This document shows, piece after piece, positions 1-9,542 of a stretch of 64,000 nt of DNA; positions within the stretch are counted from its first letter, which is position 1; each line of letters starts with the position of its first letter. This stretch comes from an uncultured delta proteobacterium (GTDB taxonomy: Bacteria; Desulfobacterota; Syntrophia; Syntrophales; UBA2185), in the NCBI GenBank assembly GCA_963695875.1, contig CAVOID010000008.1, positions 192,001 through 256,000 of the forward strand. Reading direction: 5' to 3'. The notes under the pieces were generated by a model. That model was given only the letters and a program-made list of their open reading frames with translations, made no database searches and had not been told where the DNA came from. A program made the position numbers and the translations under genes.

Positions 1-746
1 TGAGTCTTCATTATTTCGAATTCCTCCGGGGTCAGTTCGCCTGGTTTCAGCAAAATGTGGTCCGGAATGCCCACCTTGCCCATGTCATGGAGCGGCGCAG
101 ACTTGAAGAGCAGCATAATCTTTTCGTCAGTTAAAAAATTCTTGAATCTCGGATGATCCTTTAGTTTGGAAGCCAGCAACTTTACATAATTCTGGGTACG
201 ACGTATGTGATTGGCCGTCTCATTGTCACGCGTCTCCGCGAGTGATCCCATGGTAACCATCGTGACATCCTGAATCATTGTTATCTCTTTTGTTCTCCTT
301 ACCACTTCCTGTTCCAGATACTCGGCCTTATCTTTCAAAAAGTCTCTTGCACTTTTTAATTGAAGGTGAGTATTGATGCGGGCGAGAAAGACGGGAGGGC
401 TTACCGGTTCTGTAATGTAGTCTACTGCTCCAAGTTCAAACCCCATCTTTTCTTCTTCTGCATCGTACTTCGATGAAAGAAAAATAACCGGTATATCGTT
501 GGTCTCAGGAATGCTCTTGAAGTAGCGACACATATTGTAACCGACCCTCTCCGGCATCATAATATCAATAAGAATAAGATCCGGAGGGGCTTCAGAAAAG
601 GCAATCTGAAAGGCTTTCTCCATATTGGTGGCAACTTCTATTCTATAGATGTCTTTCAGTATAGAGCTCATAAAGACAATGTCGTCCGATGAGTCGTCAA
701 CAATGAGAATAGTTTTTCTTTGGTCATCAGCTTTCAATCCGGTCAT
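1..746 (-). CDS. Response regulator with REC + HD-GYP domains (RpfG-like c-di-GMP phosphodiesterase); runs off the window start
   Basis: Not in the ORF track; translated by hand from ATG at 746 (SD GGGAGG): MTGLKADDQRKTILIVDDSSDD...PPDLILIDIMMP...LAETRDNETANHIRR...APLHDMGKVGIPDHILLKPGELTPEEFEIMK. Confidence 0.9.
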   Translation of the reverse strand, partial: MTGLKADDQRKTILIVDDSSDDIVFMSSILKDIYRIEVATNMEKAFQIAFSEAPPDLILIDIMMPERVGYNMCRYFKSIPETNDIPVIFLSSKYDAEEEKMGFELGAVDYITEPVSPPVFLARINTHLQLKSARDFLKDKAEYLEQEVVRRTKEITMIQDVTMVTMGSLAETRDNETANHIRRTQNYVKLLASKLKDHPRFKNFLTDEKIMLLFKSAPLHDMGKVGIPDHILLKPGELTPEEFEIMKT

Positions 747-821
747 GTTCCCTCCCTAAAATATTTTTTAAGGGTGTTTGCAAAACATATCATTTGATAG
801 AATTCGTATTTATGTTCAGGG

Positions 822-850
822 AGTGTAAGGAAAAGAAAGTTATGTGTCAA
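822..850 (-). promoter_or_regulatory. Sigma70-type promoter for the HD-GYP gene
   Basis: Minus strand TTGACA (850-845), 17-nt spacer, TACACT (827-822). Confidence 0.6.
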
Positions 851-952
851 GAAGAAATGACCCCCAAAATGGACACTTGGCCTTTTTGTTGTCACATTAA
901 GTTTATTTGCTGACGTGATCGTGATTGTAAATAAGGGAATCGGCCCATCTCT

Positions 953-982
953 CTTGACAGGAGTTGTCAAGTCCATTAATGT
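953..982 (+). promoter_or_regulatory. Sigma70-type promoter for the DUF362/uvrD operon, overlapped by an inverted repeat
   Basis: TTGACA (954-959), 17-nt spacer, TAATGT; palindrome CTTGACA-N5-TGTCAAG at 953-971. Confidence 0.5.
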
Positions 983-1015
983 CTGGCTTATTCAAATAAA
1001 ATCAGGAGAAGTATT

Positions 1016-2044
1016 ATGACTGATATTTGTTTTCGCAAGATTGAGGGTTCCCCTGATCAATATAGAAAGTATCTCGCTTTTTTGCTCGGGGATTTAAAAA
1101 GTCCTTTCAAAAAAGGGGATAAAATAGGTATCAAACTTCACTGGGGTGAGAGGGGCAATCACAGTTTCTTACCGCCAACCTATGCTGAAGAAATTGTCAA
1201 ATGGCTTCAAAAACAGGGCACAAAACCTTTTATCTTCGATACTACGGCTCTATATTCTGGAGGTCGCCGCACAGGAGTCGATACGTTAAAAACAGCAGAA
1301 GAACATGGTTATACGGAAAGGGCTCTCGGCTGCCCGATTGTAGTTGCAGATGGTATGGATGGTCGGGACATCGTAGATATACCCGCCGGTTTCAAGCATT
1401 TTAAAACAGTCCAGGTTGCTTCTGTCGTGGAAAAAGCGGACGGCTTCGTTATTTTTTCTCATTTTAAAGGGCACATGGCTGCCGTTTTCGGTGGAGCCAT
1501 TAAAAATATATCCATGGGTTTCGCATCCCGGGCGCAGAAGCAGCGTATGCACTCAGAAGTACGACCATATATGAAAAGGGAGAAATGTGCACGCTGCGGT
1601 ATTTGCGTTGAAGTTTGCCCGTCGGGAGCGGCTCAGCTTGATAACGAAGGGTATCCGATCTATGATCATGATACGTGCATTGGCTGCGCACAATGTATTG
1701 CTCTCTGCGGTGAAATGGCGCTAAAAATCTTGTGGAATGTAGAAGATAAGATATTTCAGGAGAAATTAGTTGAGACGGCAGCAGCTGTCTGGAAGCGCAT
1801 TAAAGAGAGATGTGTGGTAATAAACGCTCTTATCAACATAACCACAGAGTGTGACTGTCTGCCGGGAGAAAATCCCGCGATGTTCCGCGATTTAGGTTTT
1901 ATGGGTGGATACAACCCGGTGGTGGTTGACGCTGAATCTCTGAAATTTATCGGTGTAGAACCATTTGAAAAAGCTCATCCGAATATTCCTTGGCAAAGAC
2001 AATTCGAATACGCAAGAGAAATAAAATTTTATCACAATGATTGA
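1016..2044 (+). CDS. DUF362 domain Fe-S protein with 2x[4Fe-4S] ferredoxin domain
   Basis: IKLHWGE, SHFKGH...FGGAIKN, CxxCxxCxxxCP and CIGCAQCIALC motifs, ECDC. Confidence 0.85.
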   Translation: MTDICFRKIEGSPDQYRKYLAFLLGDLKSPFKKGDKIGIKLHWGERGNHSFLPPTYAEEIVKWLQKQGTKPFIFDTTALYSGGRRTGVDTLKTAEEHGYTERALGCPIVVADGMDGRDIVDIPAGFKHFKTVQVASVVEKADGFVIFSHFKGHMAAVFGGAIKNISMGFASRAQKQRMHSEVRPYMKREKCARCGICVEVCPSGAAQLDNEGYPIYDHDTCIGCAQCIALCGEMALKILWNVEDKIFQEKLVETAAAVWKRIKERCVVINALINITTECDCLPGENPAMFRDLGFMGGYNPVVVDAESLKFIGVEPFEKAHPNIPWQRQFEYAREIKFYHND

Positions 2045-4010
2045 TTACGAGAAAGAACTTAACCCGGAACAACTGCGCGTCGTAATGGAGGGAGACGGCC
2101 CAATTCTTGTTATTGCTGGCGCGGGAAGCGGCAAGACTCGTGCATTGACCTATCGGGTAGCTCGTTTAATAGAATCGGGAAATAGGCCGGAAAGGATTCT
2201 GCTTGCAACCTTCACCAACAAGGCCGCGCGGACAATGCTTTCCAGAGTGAAGGCTCTTACCGATATGGATATCAGCCATATATGGGGCGGCACGTTTCAT
2301 CATATCGCCCACCTTATTCTAAGAGCAAATTCACATCTTTTAGGTTATGAACGGAACTTTTCCATATTAGATAGCGAAGACTCGACTCAACTGATTAATA
2401 CATGCGTATCCGAGAAAGGGATCATTACTAAAAATGGTAAGTTTCCCAAAGGGGATGTGCTGAGAGATATTGTCAGTTTTTCCTTAAATACAGAGGTTAC
2501 TATTGAAGATGCAATAAAAACGCGATATCCGTTTTTTTGTGATTGTATTGATGACGTAAGGCAGGTAGCTGTACACTATCAAATGCGTAAAAAAACATTA
2601 AATGTCATGGACTTTGATGATCTTCTCAGCAATTGCAAGAAACTTCTTATAGATTATCCCGATTTATTAAGAAAATATGCAGAGAAGTTTTCCAATGTCC
2701 TTGTTGATGAGTACCAGGATACGAATACAATGCAGGCGGAAATAGTGGATCTTTTAGCGTCAGGCCATACAAACCTTATGGCAGTGGGAGACGATTCACA
2801 GAGTATATACGCCTTCAGGGGCGCCAATTTTGAGAATATAATCAAGTTTCCAGAAAAGTATCCGGACTGTAAGGTTTTCAAGCTGGAGACGAACTACCGG
2901 AGCACGCCTGAAATCCTGCATCTGGCTAATATGAGCATCATAAACAATGATAAACAGTATCAGAAAACACTCAGGTCAGTGAGAGAAACAGGTATAAGGC
3001 CGATTCTCATACCGGTAAAGGACGTTATGCAACAGGCTAATTTTGTTGCTCAGAGGATGCTTGAATTGATACGGGAAGGGACACCTCTCAGCGACATCGC
3101 AGTCCTGTATCGAGCCCACTATCATTCCATGGAACTTCAAATGGAAATGGTGCGCAGAGGAATACCCTTTGAAATCCGCTCCGGCATACGTTTTTTCGAG
3201 CAGGCCCACATAAAGGATGTGACCGCATATATGAGGATCATCATGAATGCTTTTGACGAACTGGCATGGAAGAGGGTGCTCGGACTTTACAGTAAAATCG
3301 GGAAAATAACAGCCGATAAGTTATGGAAGTTTTTGGTATCAAAGAAAAATCCCCTGGCAGAGGCGCTCTGCGCTGATTTTCTGAATTGCGCATCAAAAGT
3401 TGCAAAAGAGGGCATTCTGAGATGCCAAAATACGCTTGGAAAACTTACAAATCATTTGCCTGGTATAAGTCCATCAGAGATTATCGATGTTTTACTGGAG
3501 AACGGTTACCGGGATTACCTGCAGGAGAAGTATACCGATGCTTCATCAAGAGAGGATGATTTGGTTCAATTGTCTAATTTCTCCACGAGGTTTTATTCTT
3601 TAGAAGATTTTTTGGGTGAACTGTCACTGTTAACGAACATGACCGAAGTGAATGAGTCCGAACAGGATGACACGAATGGAGACAAGGTTATCCTCAGTAC
3701 AATACATCAGGCCAAAGGACTCGAGTGGTCCGTCGTTTTAATTATCTGGTGTGCTGATGGAATGCTTCCCCTTGCACGCGCCCTGAAAGACCCGGATGGC
3801 GAAGAGGAAGAAAGAAGGCTTTTTTACGTGGCAACGACAAGGGCGAAAGATCAGCTTTATCTTTGCTACCCGCTTGTGAGCTATGCAAGGGGAATGGGGA
3901 ATATGATGCAGGTACCCTCCAGGTTCATCAGAGAACTGTCGCCTACAACAAGGCATACTAAAGCCTGCCCGTATGATCAATGGGTCGTTGACGAAGACTG
4001 GAGATTCTAA
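2037..4010 (+). CDS. UvrD/PcrA/Rep family SF1 DNA helicase
   Basis: AGAGSGKT, DEYQD, VGDDSQSIY, NYRST, STIHQAKGLEW, EERRLFYVATTRA. Confidence 0.95.
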   Translation: MIDYEKELNPEQLRVVMEGDGPILVIAGAGSGKTRALTYRVARLIESGNRPERILLATFTNKAARTMLSRVKALTDMDISHIWGGTFHHIAHLILRANSHLLGYERNFSILDSEDSTQLINTCVSEKGIITKNGKFPKGDVLRDIVSFSLNTEVTIEDAIKTRYPFFCDCIDDVRQVAVHYQMRKKTLNVMDFDDLLSNCKKLLIDYPDLLRKYAEKFSNVLVDEYQDTNTMQAEIVDLLASGHTNLMAVGDDSQSIYAFRGANFENIIKFPEKYPDCKVFKLETNYRSTPEILHLANMSIINNDKQYQKTLRSVRETGIRPILIPVKDVMQQANFVAQRMLELIREGTPLSDIAVLYRAHYHSMELQMEMVRRGIPFEIRSGIRFFEQAHIKDVTAYMRIIMNAFDELAWKRVLGLYSKIGKITADKLWKFLVSKKNPLAEALCADFLNCASKVAKEGILRCQNTLGKLTNHLPGISPSEIIDVLLENGYRDYLQEKYTDASSREDDLVQLSNFSTRFYSLEDFLGELSLLTNMTEVNESEQDDTNGDKVILSTIHQAKGLEWSVVLIIWCADGMLPLARALKDPDGEEEERRLFYVATTRAKDQLYLCYPLVSYARGMGNMMQVPSRFIRELSPTTRHTKACPYDQWVVDEDWRF

Positions 4011-5896
4011 ATCCAGCGGTCCAGCTTCGATTTCGCTTCATACTCTTCCCTGAGGGCGATTTGCGTGGCTTCCGCGATATCTTCCACCCTATTAACCAGA
4101 TCTTCAAACTTTATATCCACACCGAAGATGCCTACCATTTCATCATTATCATCGGCAAGAGGAGCTGAAACAGTTATGCAAAGCGCCCCCGTCATTTTTG
4201 ATATATAGAAATTGGTCACATGCATCTTGCCGCTCTGTAAAGGCTTAATAAACCACTCCCTGTCTGACTGGTCCGTCCCGACTCCGTAGTTTTCGTATTT
4301 TGCCCTGTCCGCAATATTGGTAATGTTCTTTGTAGTCTTCTTACCATTCATATCTACTACATAGGCAAACTGAATAGACGGGTTATCTTCAATACACTGC
4401 TGCATGACCGGTTCCTGAAGCTCCGGTTTCATGGTCTTCATTACCGGATGGTCGATCACCTGTTTGACGACATCCATAGCGGCCTGTGTCGCCATGAATT
4501 TGATCTTCTCCAGATCGGACATAAAGAGTTCCGGCAGATACTTCCGGACCATTCTCTCAAGTTCTTCATGGGAAATCCCTGTTGCCCTGCCGGATTCATA
4601 TTGATCCGTAACCCATTTATGGATTTTCGAAACGCCGGGATGTCTTTTATCGATTACGGTTTTGCCTTTTTCGCTCAAACGTGCATTGATCCAGTGAGCT
4701 ATACCGGCTTTCCCGGATTTGTCGGTGATCATGGTCACGATGGGTCTCTTCAGTATTTTGGTCGTATCGAAGATATTATAGATTTCTTCGTTCTTGATGA
4801 GACCGTCGGCATGGATACCGGCCTTCGTTATATTAAATTCTGCACCGACGAAGGGAAAATTAGTGGGAATTTTTACACCAATTTCCTTTTCAAAATATTG
4901 GGCAATATCGGTAATAACTGTAGTATCAATACCGTTGTTTGTCCCCCTCAATCCGATATATTCAATGATCAGGCCTTCTATGGGGGCATTGCCGGTACGC
5001 TCTCCCAGTCCGAGCAAAGTTCCATTTGCTGCGCCGCAACCGTACAGCCAGGCTGTTGTAGCATTGATCAGGGCCTTGTGGAAATCGTTGTGGCCATGCC
5101 ATTCCAGCAGATTACCGGGAACGCCGCCCTCATCGATAAATGCCCTGATCAGCTTTTCAACACTCCGCGGCAGTGATGCACCGGGATAGGTTACGCCATA
5201 ACCCATGGTATCGCAGAGCCTGATCTTAATGTCGATACCGCTTTCTTCACGGAGCTTCATGAGCTCAATGGCCAGGGGGATGCAAAATCCATATATCTCG
5301 GCCCTGGTTATATCTTCAAAGTGACACCTGGGTACAATACCTTCACCAAGAATATCTTTTACAATGCCGAGGTAGTCATCAAATGCTTTCTTTCTTGTCT
5401 CATTAAGTTTGAGAAAAATGTGGTAGTCAGAAACAGAAGTCAAAATGCCCGTTTCCTTCAATCCTGCCTCCTTTACCAGTTTTATGTCCTCTTTCTGGGC
5501 CCTGATCCAGCCTGTTATCTCGGGATATTTCAGGCCGAGTTCCAGACATTTCGCCACTGCTTCCCTGTCTTTCTTACTATAGAGGAAGAATTCGGATTGT
5601 CTGATCACACCGTTCTCACCGCCCAACCTGCTCATGAAGGTGTAGAGATCAACGATCTGCTTTACCGTATACGGTGGGCGTGCCTGCTGCCCATCTCTGA
5701 ATGTAGTATCCGTAATGAATATGTCTTCGGCAGGGTTTATCGGTATTATCTTATGGTCAAAGTCAATCCTGCTCACCTCATCATAGGGGAATACACCCTT
5801 CTGCAAATTAGGCTCCGCCACATCCTTGAGATCCAGTTGCCAGAATTTTGTATGTTCATGATCCAGAACTCTTTTTTCTTTATTCCATTTTGCCAT
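4007..5896 (-). CDS. DRE-TIM metallolyase (Re-citrate synthase-like) with C-terminal Cache-type domain
   Basis: DTTFRDGQQ, HGHND, GLGERTGN catalytic motifs; C-terminal DREWF...YISKMTGALCITVSAP...VGIFGVD is Cache/PDC-like. Confidence 0.75.
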   Translation of the reverse strand: MAKWNKEKRVLDHEHTKFWQLDLKDVAEPNLQKGVFPYDEVSRIDFDHKIIPINPAEDIFITDTTFRDGQQARPPYTVKQIVDLYTFMSRLGGENGVIRQSEFFLYSKKDREAVAKCLELGLKYPEITGWIRAQKEDIKLVKEAGLKETGILTSVSDYHIFLKLNETRKKAFDDYLGIVKDILGEGIVPRCHFEDITRAEIYGFCIPLAIELMKLREESGIDIKIRLCDTMGYGVTYPGASLPRSVEKLIRAFIDEGGVPGNLLEWHGHNDFHKALINATTAWLYGCGAANGTLLGLGERTGNAPIEGLIIEYIGLRGTNNGIDTTVITDIAQYFEKEIGVKIPTNFPFVGAEFNITKAGIHADGLIKNEEIYNIFDTTKILKRPIVTMITDKSGKAGIAHWINARLSEKGKTVIDKRHPGVSKIHKWVTDQYESGRATGISHEELERMVRKYLPELFMSDLEKIKFMATQAAMDVVKQVIDHPVMKTMKPELQEPVMQQCIEDNPSIQFAYVVDMNGKKTTKNITNIADRAKYENYGVGTDQSDREWFIKPLQSGKMHVTNFYISKMTGALCITVSAPLADDNDEMVGIFGVDIKFEDLVNRVEDIAEATQIALREEYEAKSKLDRWI

Positions 5897-5916
5897 AGTA
5901 AATGCTCCAGTTTTTT

Positions 5917-5957
5917 AAAAAAAAAGAGGGCACCCTGAAACCAGTTGAGCCCTCTTT
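5917..5957 (-). terminator. Intrinsic terminator immediately upstream of the Re-citrate-synthase-like gene (probable attenuator)
   Basis: Minus strand AAAGAGGGC...GCCCTC followed by T9, ending 20 nt before the ATG at 5896. Confidence 0.7.
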
Positions 5958-6308
5958 GGGAATATGCATCGGGTTTCAGTCTACCGGTAAATTCGCTTCC
6001 TTTGGGCTAAATATGGCTTAGCCGCACCTGCCTTTTTCTCGGAGGCCATATGTTTTACATTTCCTACAGAATGAACTGCTTGTTTTTCGGCAGAAATCTT
6101 TTCTTCGAGGACAGCTGCTTTCGTCGGTCGTTTTGTGCACCCCGGGAAAACAAACATAAGACCTGTGAAGTGAACATAGTCCAAACCATTGATAATGTGA
6201 CCTGTACTTTATCCTTCTGTTTGTCCCACGACAAAATAGCAAAAGTTTCTTCTTATTTACTAAATTAATAATACAAGGCTATCTTGTCAATAGAAATATC
6301 TATGAAAA

Positions 6309-8084
6309 TCATACAATTTTCAGAGAAAGCTCCATCAACTGTTCTATGCTTACTTCCGATGGCGCATCTGTGAGAAGGCATGTCGCTTTCTGTGTCTTGG
6401 GAAATGCTATGACATCCCTTATGCTCTCAACACCGGCCATGATCATGATCAGCCTGTCAAAACCTATGGCAATACCTCCATGGGGAGGTGTCCCGTATTC
6501 TAAGGCATCGAGGAGAAACCCGAACTTCTTCCTGGCCTCGGAATCTTCCATGCCCAAGACACTAAAAACCATGGACTGGATATCCTGCCTATGGATACGG
6601 ATGCTTCCTCCACCTATCTCTGTCCCGTTCAGAACAAGATCATAGGCCCTTGCTCTAACCTTGCCGGGATCACTAGTAAGTAAGTGAAGGTCTTCCATGA
6701 CAGGGGAAGTAAAGGGATGGTGTTTTGATACATACCTTTTTTCCGTATCACTGTATTCGAATGAGGGAAATTCATTTACCCATGTAAAAGAATATTGCCC
6801 GGAATCAATCAGATTTAATTTCTTAGCAAGATGAATTCTGAGATTGCCCAGTGCTTCATGAACAACCGAAGGAGTGTCGGCCAGAAAGACGATCACATCC
6901 CCTTCTTTAGTCTCCATTGTTTTGTTAATATTATCGACTTCAGAGGCCGTGAGAAATTTAAAGATAGGCGATGTCCATCCCTCGGGATTGACTCTGGCCC
7001 AGGCGAGGCCCTTTGCGCCATATGTGCTGACATAATCGGCCAGGCCATCGAGATCCTTTCGGGTCAGGCTCTTTCCGTTTTCAATCTTAATGGCTTTTAC
7101 CACTCCGCCACTGGCTGCAACTTCCTGAAACACTTTCAGGGTGGAGTTCTTCACGATTTCGGTGAGGTCTCTTAATTCCAAAGAGAAACGGATATCGGGG
7201 TTATCTCTGCCATAACGCTCGACTGCCTCTGTGTAGGATATTTTAGGAAACGGGGTTGGTAATTCCTTTCCGAGACATGTTCTGAATAGGTGAACTATAA
7301 GGCCTTCAGTTATTCGATAAATATCATCCTCGGAAATGAACGACATCTCTACATCGATCTGCGTAAATTCCGGCTGTCGATCAGCCCTCAGGTCTTCATC
7401 ACGGAAACATCTGACGATCTGGTAGTATCTGTCAAATCCGGAAACCATCAGCAACTGTTTGAAGAGCTGGGGTGACTGGGGCAGGGCATAAAACATCCCC
7501 TGGTTAATCCGGCTGGGGACAAGATAGTCGCGCGCACCTTCAGGTGTGCTCTTTGTCAGAACCGGTGTTTCAACTTCAATGAACGCTTCCTTTTGAAAGT
7601 ACAGCCTTGCTTGGGCTGCAACATTGCTTCTGAGGATAAGATTCTTCTGCATTTCAGGCCGTCTCAGATCAAGGTATCGATACTTCAATCGGACGTTCTC
7701 AGATACCTCTATATTCTCATTCAGTACAAAAGGCGGTGTTTTGGATTCGCTTAAGATCTCCAGTTCGTGGGCCATAACTTCAATCTCGCCGGTCTTCAAA
7801 TCAGGATTTTCCATTCCCACAGGTCTTCTTTGAACCTTGCCTCTTACGGCGAGGACAAATTCATTTCTTATTTTGTGAGCCTCTTTGTGACTGTCAGGAT
7901 CGATATCAGGGTTAAAGACTACCTGGGCAAGACCTTCACGATCCCTGAGATCTATGAAAATAACACCTCCATGATCCCTTCTCCGGTGCACCCAGCCCAT
8001 CAGGATTACTTCCTCGCCTGTATTGGAGGCATTAAGATCACCGCAATAATGTGTCCTTTTCTTGACTGTCAAAAAATCGGTCAA
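6309..8084 (-). CDS. aspS: Aspartate-tRNA ligase, probably non-discriminating (Asp/Asn)
   Basis: [52 protein letters not shown]; His in DHGG and Gly in RRPVG match the non-discriminating signature. Confidence 0.97.
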   Translation of the reverse strand: MTDFLTVKKRTHYCGDLNASNTGEEVILMGWVHRRRDHGGVIFIDLRDREGLAQVVFNPDIDPDSHKEAHKIRNEFVLAVRGKVQRRPVGMENPDLKTGEIEVMAHELEILSESKTPPFVLNENIEVSENVRLKYRYLDLRRPEMQKNLILRSNVAAQARLYFQKEAFIEVETPVLTKSTPEGARDYLVPSRINQGMFYALPQSPQLFKQLLMVSGFDRYYQIVRCFRDEDLRADRQPEFTQIDVEMSFISEDDIYRITEGLIVHLFRTCLGKELPTPFPKISYTEAVERYGRDNPDIRFSLELRDLTEIVKNSTLKVFQEVAASGGVVKAIKIENGKSLTRKDLDGLADYVSTYGAKGLAWARVNPEGWTSPIFKFLTASEVDNINKTMETKEGDVIVFLADTPSVVHEALGNLRIHLAKKLNLIDSGQYSFTWVNEFPSFEYSDTEKRYVSKHHPFTSPVMEDLHLLTSDPGKVRARAYDLVLNGTEIGGGSIRIHRQDIQSMVFSVLGMEDSEARKKFGFLLDALEYGTPPHGGIAIGFDRLIMIMAGVESIRDVIAFPKTQKATCLLTDAPSEVSIEQLMELSLKIV

Positions 8085-8091
8085 AGTATGA

Positions 8092-9357
8092 TTAACTCCC
8101 TCTAATGATTTTTACAATTGTTTCCTCAAGGTTTTTAAGACCCAGAGTTTCCTGTGTTCCTTTTTTCATATTCCTCAATTCAGCTTTGCCCTCCAGAATT
8201 TCTCTGTCGCCCAGCATAAGTGTGTAATGTGAGCTGAGCCTGTCCGCCCTTTTCATCTGGCTTTTCAGGCTTTTTCCCGAATAATCCATTTCAGTTTCAA
8301 TACCGCTTATTCGTAATCTATTGCATATGGTAAAAGCAAGCTTTTGTGCATCCTTACCAAGAGAGGCAATGAATAATCGGGGTGGAAGCAGCAATTCCTT
8401 GTCATTGATCGGTGAAATTGAAATCAATCGTTCACATCCTATAGCAAATCCGATTCCGGGGACGTCCGGTCCGCCAAGGTCTTTCACCAGGCCATCGTAT
8501 CGGCCGCCGCCTGCAACGGCATTCTGGGCCCCCAGATGTTCCGTCACGACTTCAAATGCCGTCTTTGTGTAGTAATCAAGGCCCCTTACCATCTTGGGGT
8601 TTATTTCAAAGCGTATGTCAAAAGTATCTAGAAATTCCTCTACCTTTGCAAAATGATCCCCGCAGTCTGGACATAAGAAGTCAAGAATCTTCGGCGCATG
8701 TTCGATTAATTCGATGCAATTTGTCATTTTACAATCAAAAACCCTGAGGGGATTCATATTGATACGCCTCTGACAATCTTTACAAAGTCCTTCTTCTTTT
8801 CCGCGTAAATAATCGGTTAATGCTTGTCTGAATAGAGGGCGGCATTTGGTACATCCGAGAGAATTAATCTGCAAGCTTAGATCGGGGAGCTCGACACGCT
8901 TCAAAAATTGCATGAGCATGAGAATTACTTCAGCATCGGAGCGAGGATCATCAACACCGATGAATTCGACATTGATCTGGTGAAACTGCCTGAATCTTCC
9001 TTTTTGAGGCCTTTCACGTCTGAACATGGGGCCCATGGTGAAAAGCTTTGTAACCGGATCAGTTGCATAAAGCGCATGTTCGAGATACGCGCGAACGATG
9101 GAAGCTGTTGCCTCAGGACGGAGAGTAAGGTATTCATCTCCGCGATCGAGAAATGTGTACATCTCTTTTTCAACTATATCGGTGGATTCCCCGATACTTC
9201 TCCTGAAAAGGTCTGTCTTTTCCAGTATTGGCACCCTTATCTCCCGAAAACAGAAATTAGTAAATATCTCACGCGCTATGCACTCTATGTATTGCCACTT
9301 TCCCGATTCCTGGGGAAGTATATCCTTGAACCCTCTAACTGCGGTTATAATTTCCAT
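8092..9357 (-). CDS. hisS: Histidine-tRNA ligase
   Basis: [35 protein letters not shown]. Confidence 0.97.
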   Translation of the reverse strand: MEIITAVRGFKDILPQESGKWQYIECIAREIFTNFCFREIRVPILEKTDLFRRSIGESTDIVEKEMYTFLDRGDEYLTLRPEATASIVRAYLEHALYATDPVTKLFTMGPMFRRERPQKGRFRQFHQINVEFIGVDDPRSDAEVILMLMQFLKRVELPDLSLQINSLGCTKCRPLFRQALTDYLRGKEEGLCKDCQRRINMNPLRVFDCKMTNCIELIEHAPKILDFLCPDCGDHFAKVEEFLDTFDIRFEINPKMVRGLDYYTKTAFEVVTEHLGAQNAVAGGGRYDGLVKDLGGPDVPGIGFAIGCERLISISPINDKELLLPPRLFIASLGKDAQKLAFTICNRLRISGIETEMDYSGKSLKSQMKRADRLSSHYTLMLGDREILEGKAELRNMKKGTQETLGLKNLEETIVKIIRGS

Positions 9358-9542
9358 GATGACTGACCACTAAGCTTGATTATTTAAAAAAAACCGTACA
9401 TATAAATAATATTACTGAGTTTGTTATTATTCGAAAGCGAGCTGATCGATAACACATAAAGCATTGCAGTGCAATAGAAGTTTCGCTATCGATCTAAAGA
9501 GACAGAAAATGAGAATCAAGCACGGAAGTCATAATAAGTGCC

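Noticed and set aside
747..1015. c-di-GMP riboswitch upstream of the HD-GYP gene
   Set aside because: No GEMM-type two-hairpin consensus; only an AT-rich hairpin near the SD (about 754-774)
4448..5938. Long antisense ORFs (4448-5176, 5321-5938) and similar shadow ORFs such as 19339-19917 and 40883-41449
   Set aside because: They lie opposite well-supported genes and show no recognisable motifs
5897..6290. T-box, glnA or ZTP riboswitch in the synthase leader
   Set aside because: No T-box GGTGGNACC sequence or other recognisable consensus; kept only as an unclassified attenuator candidate
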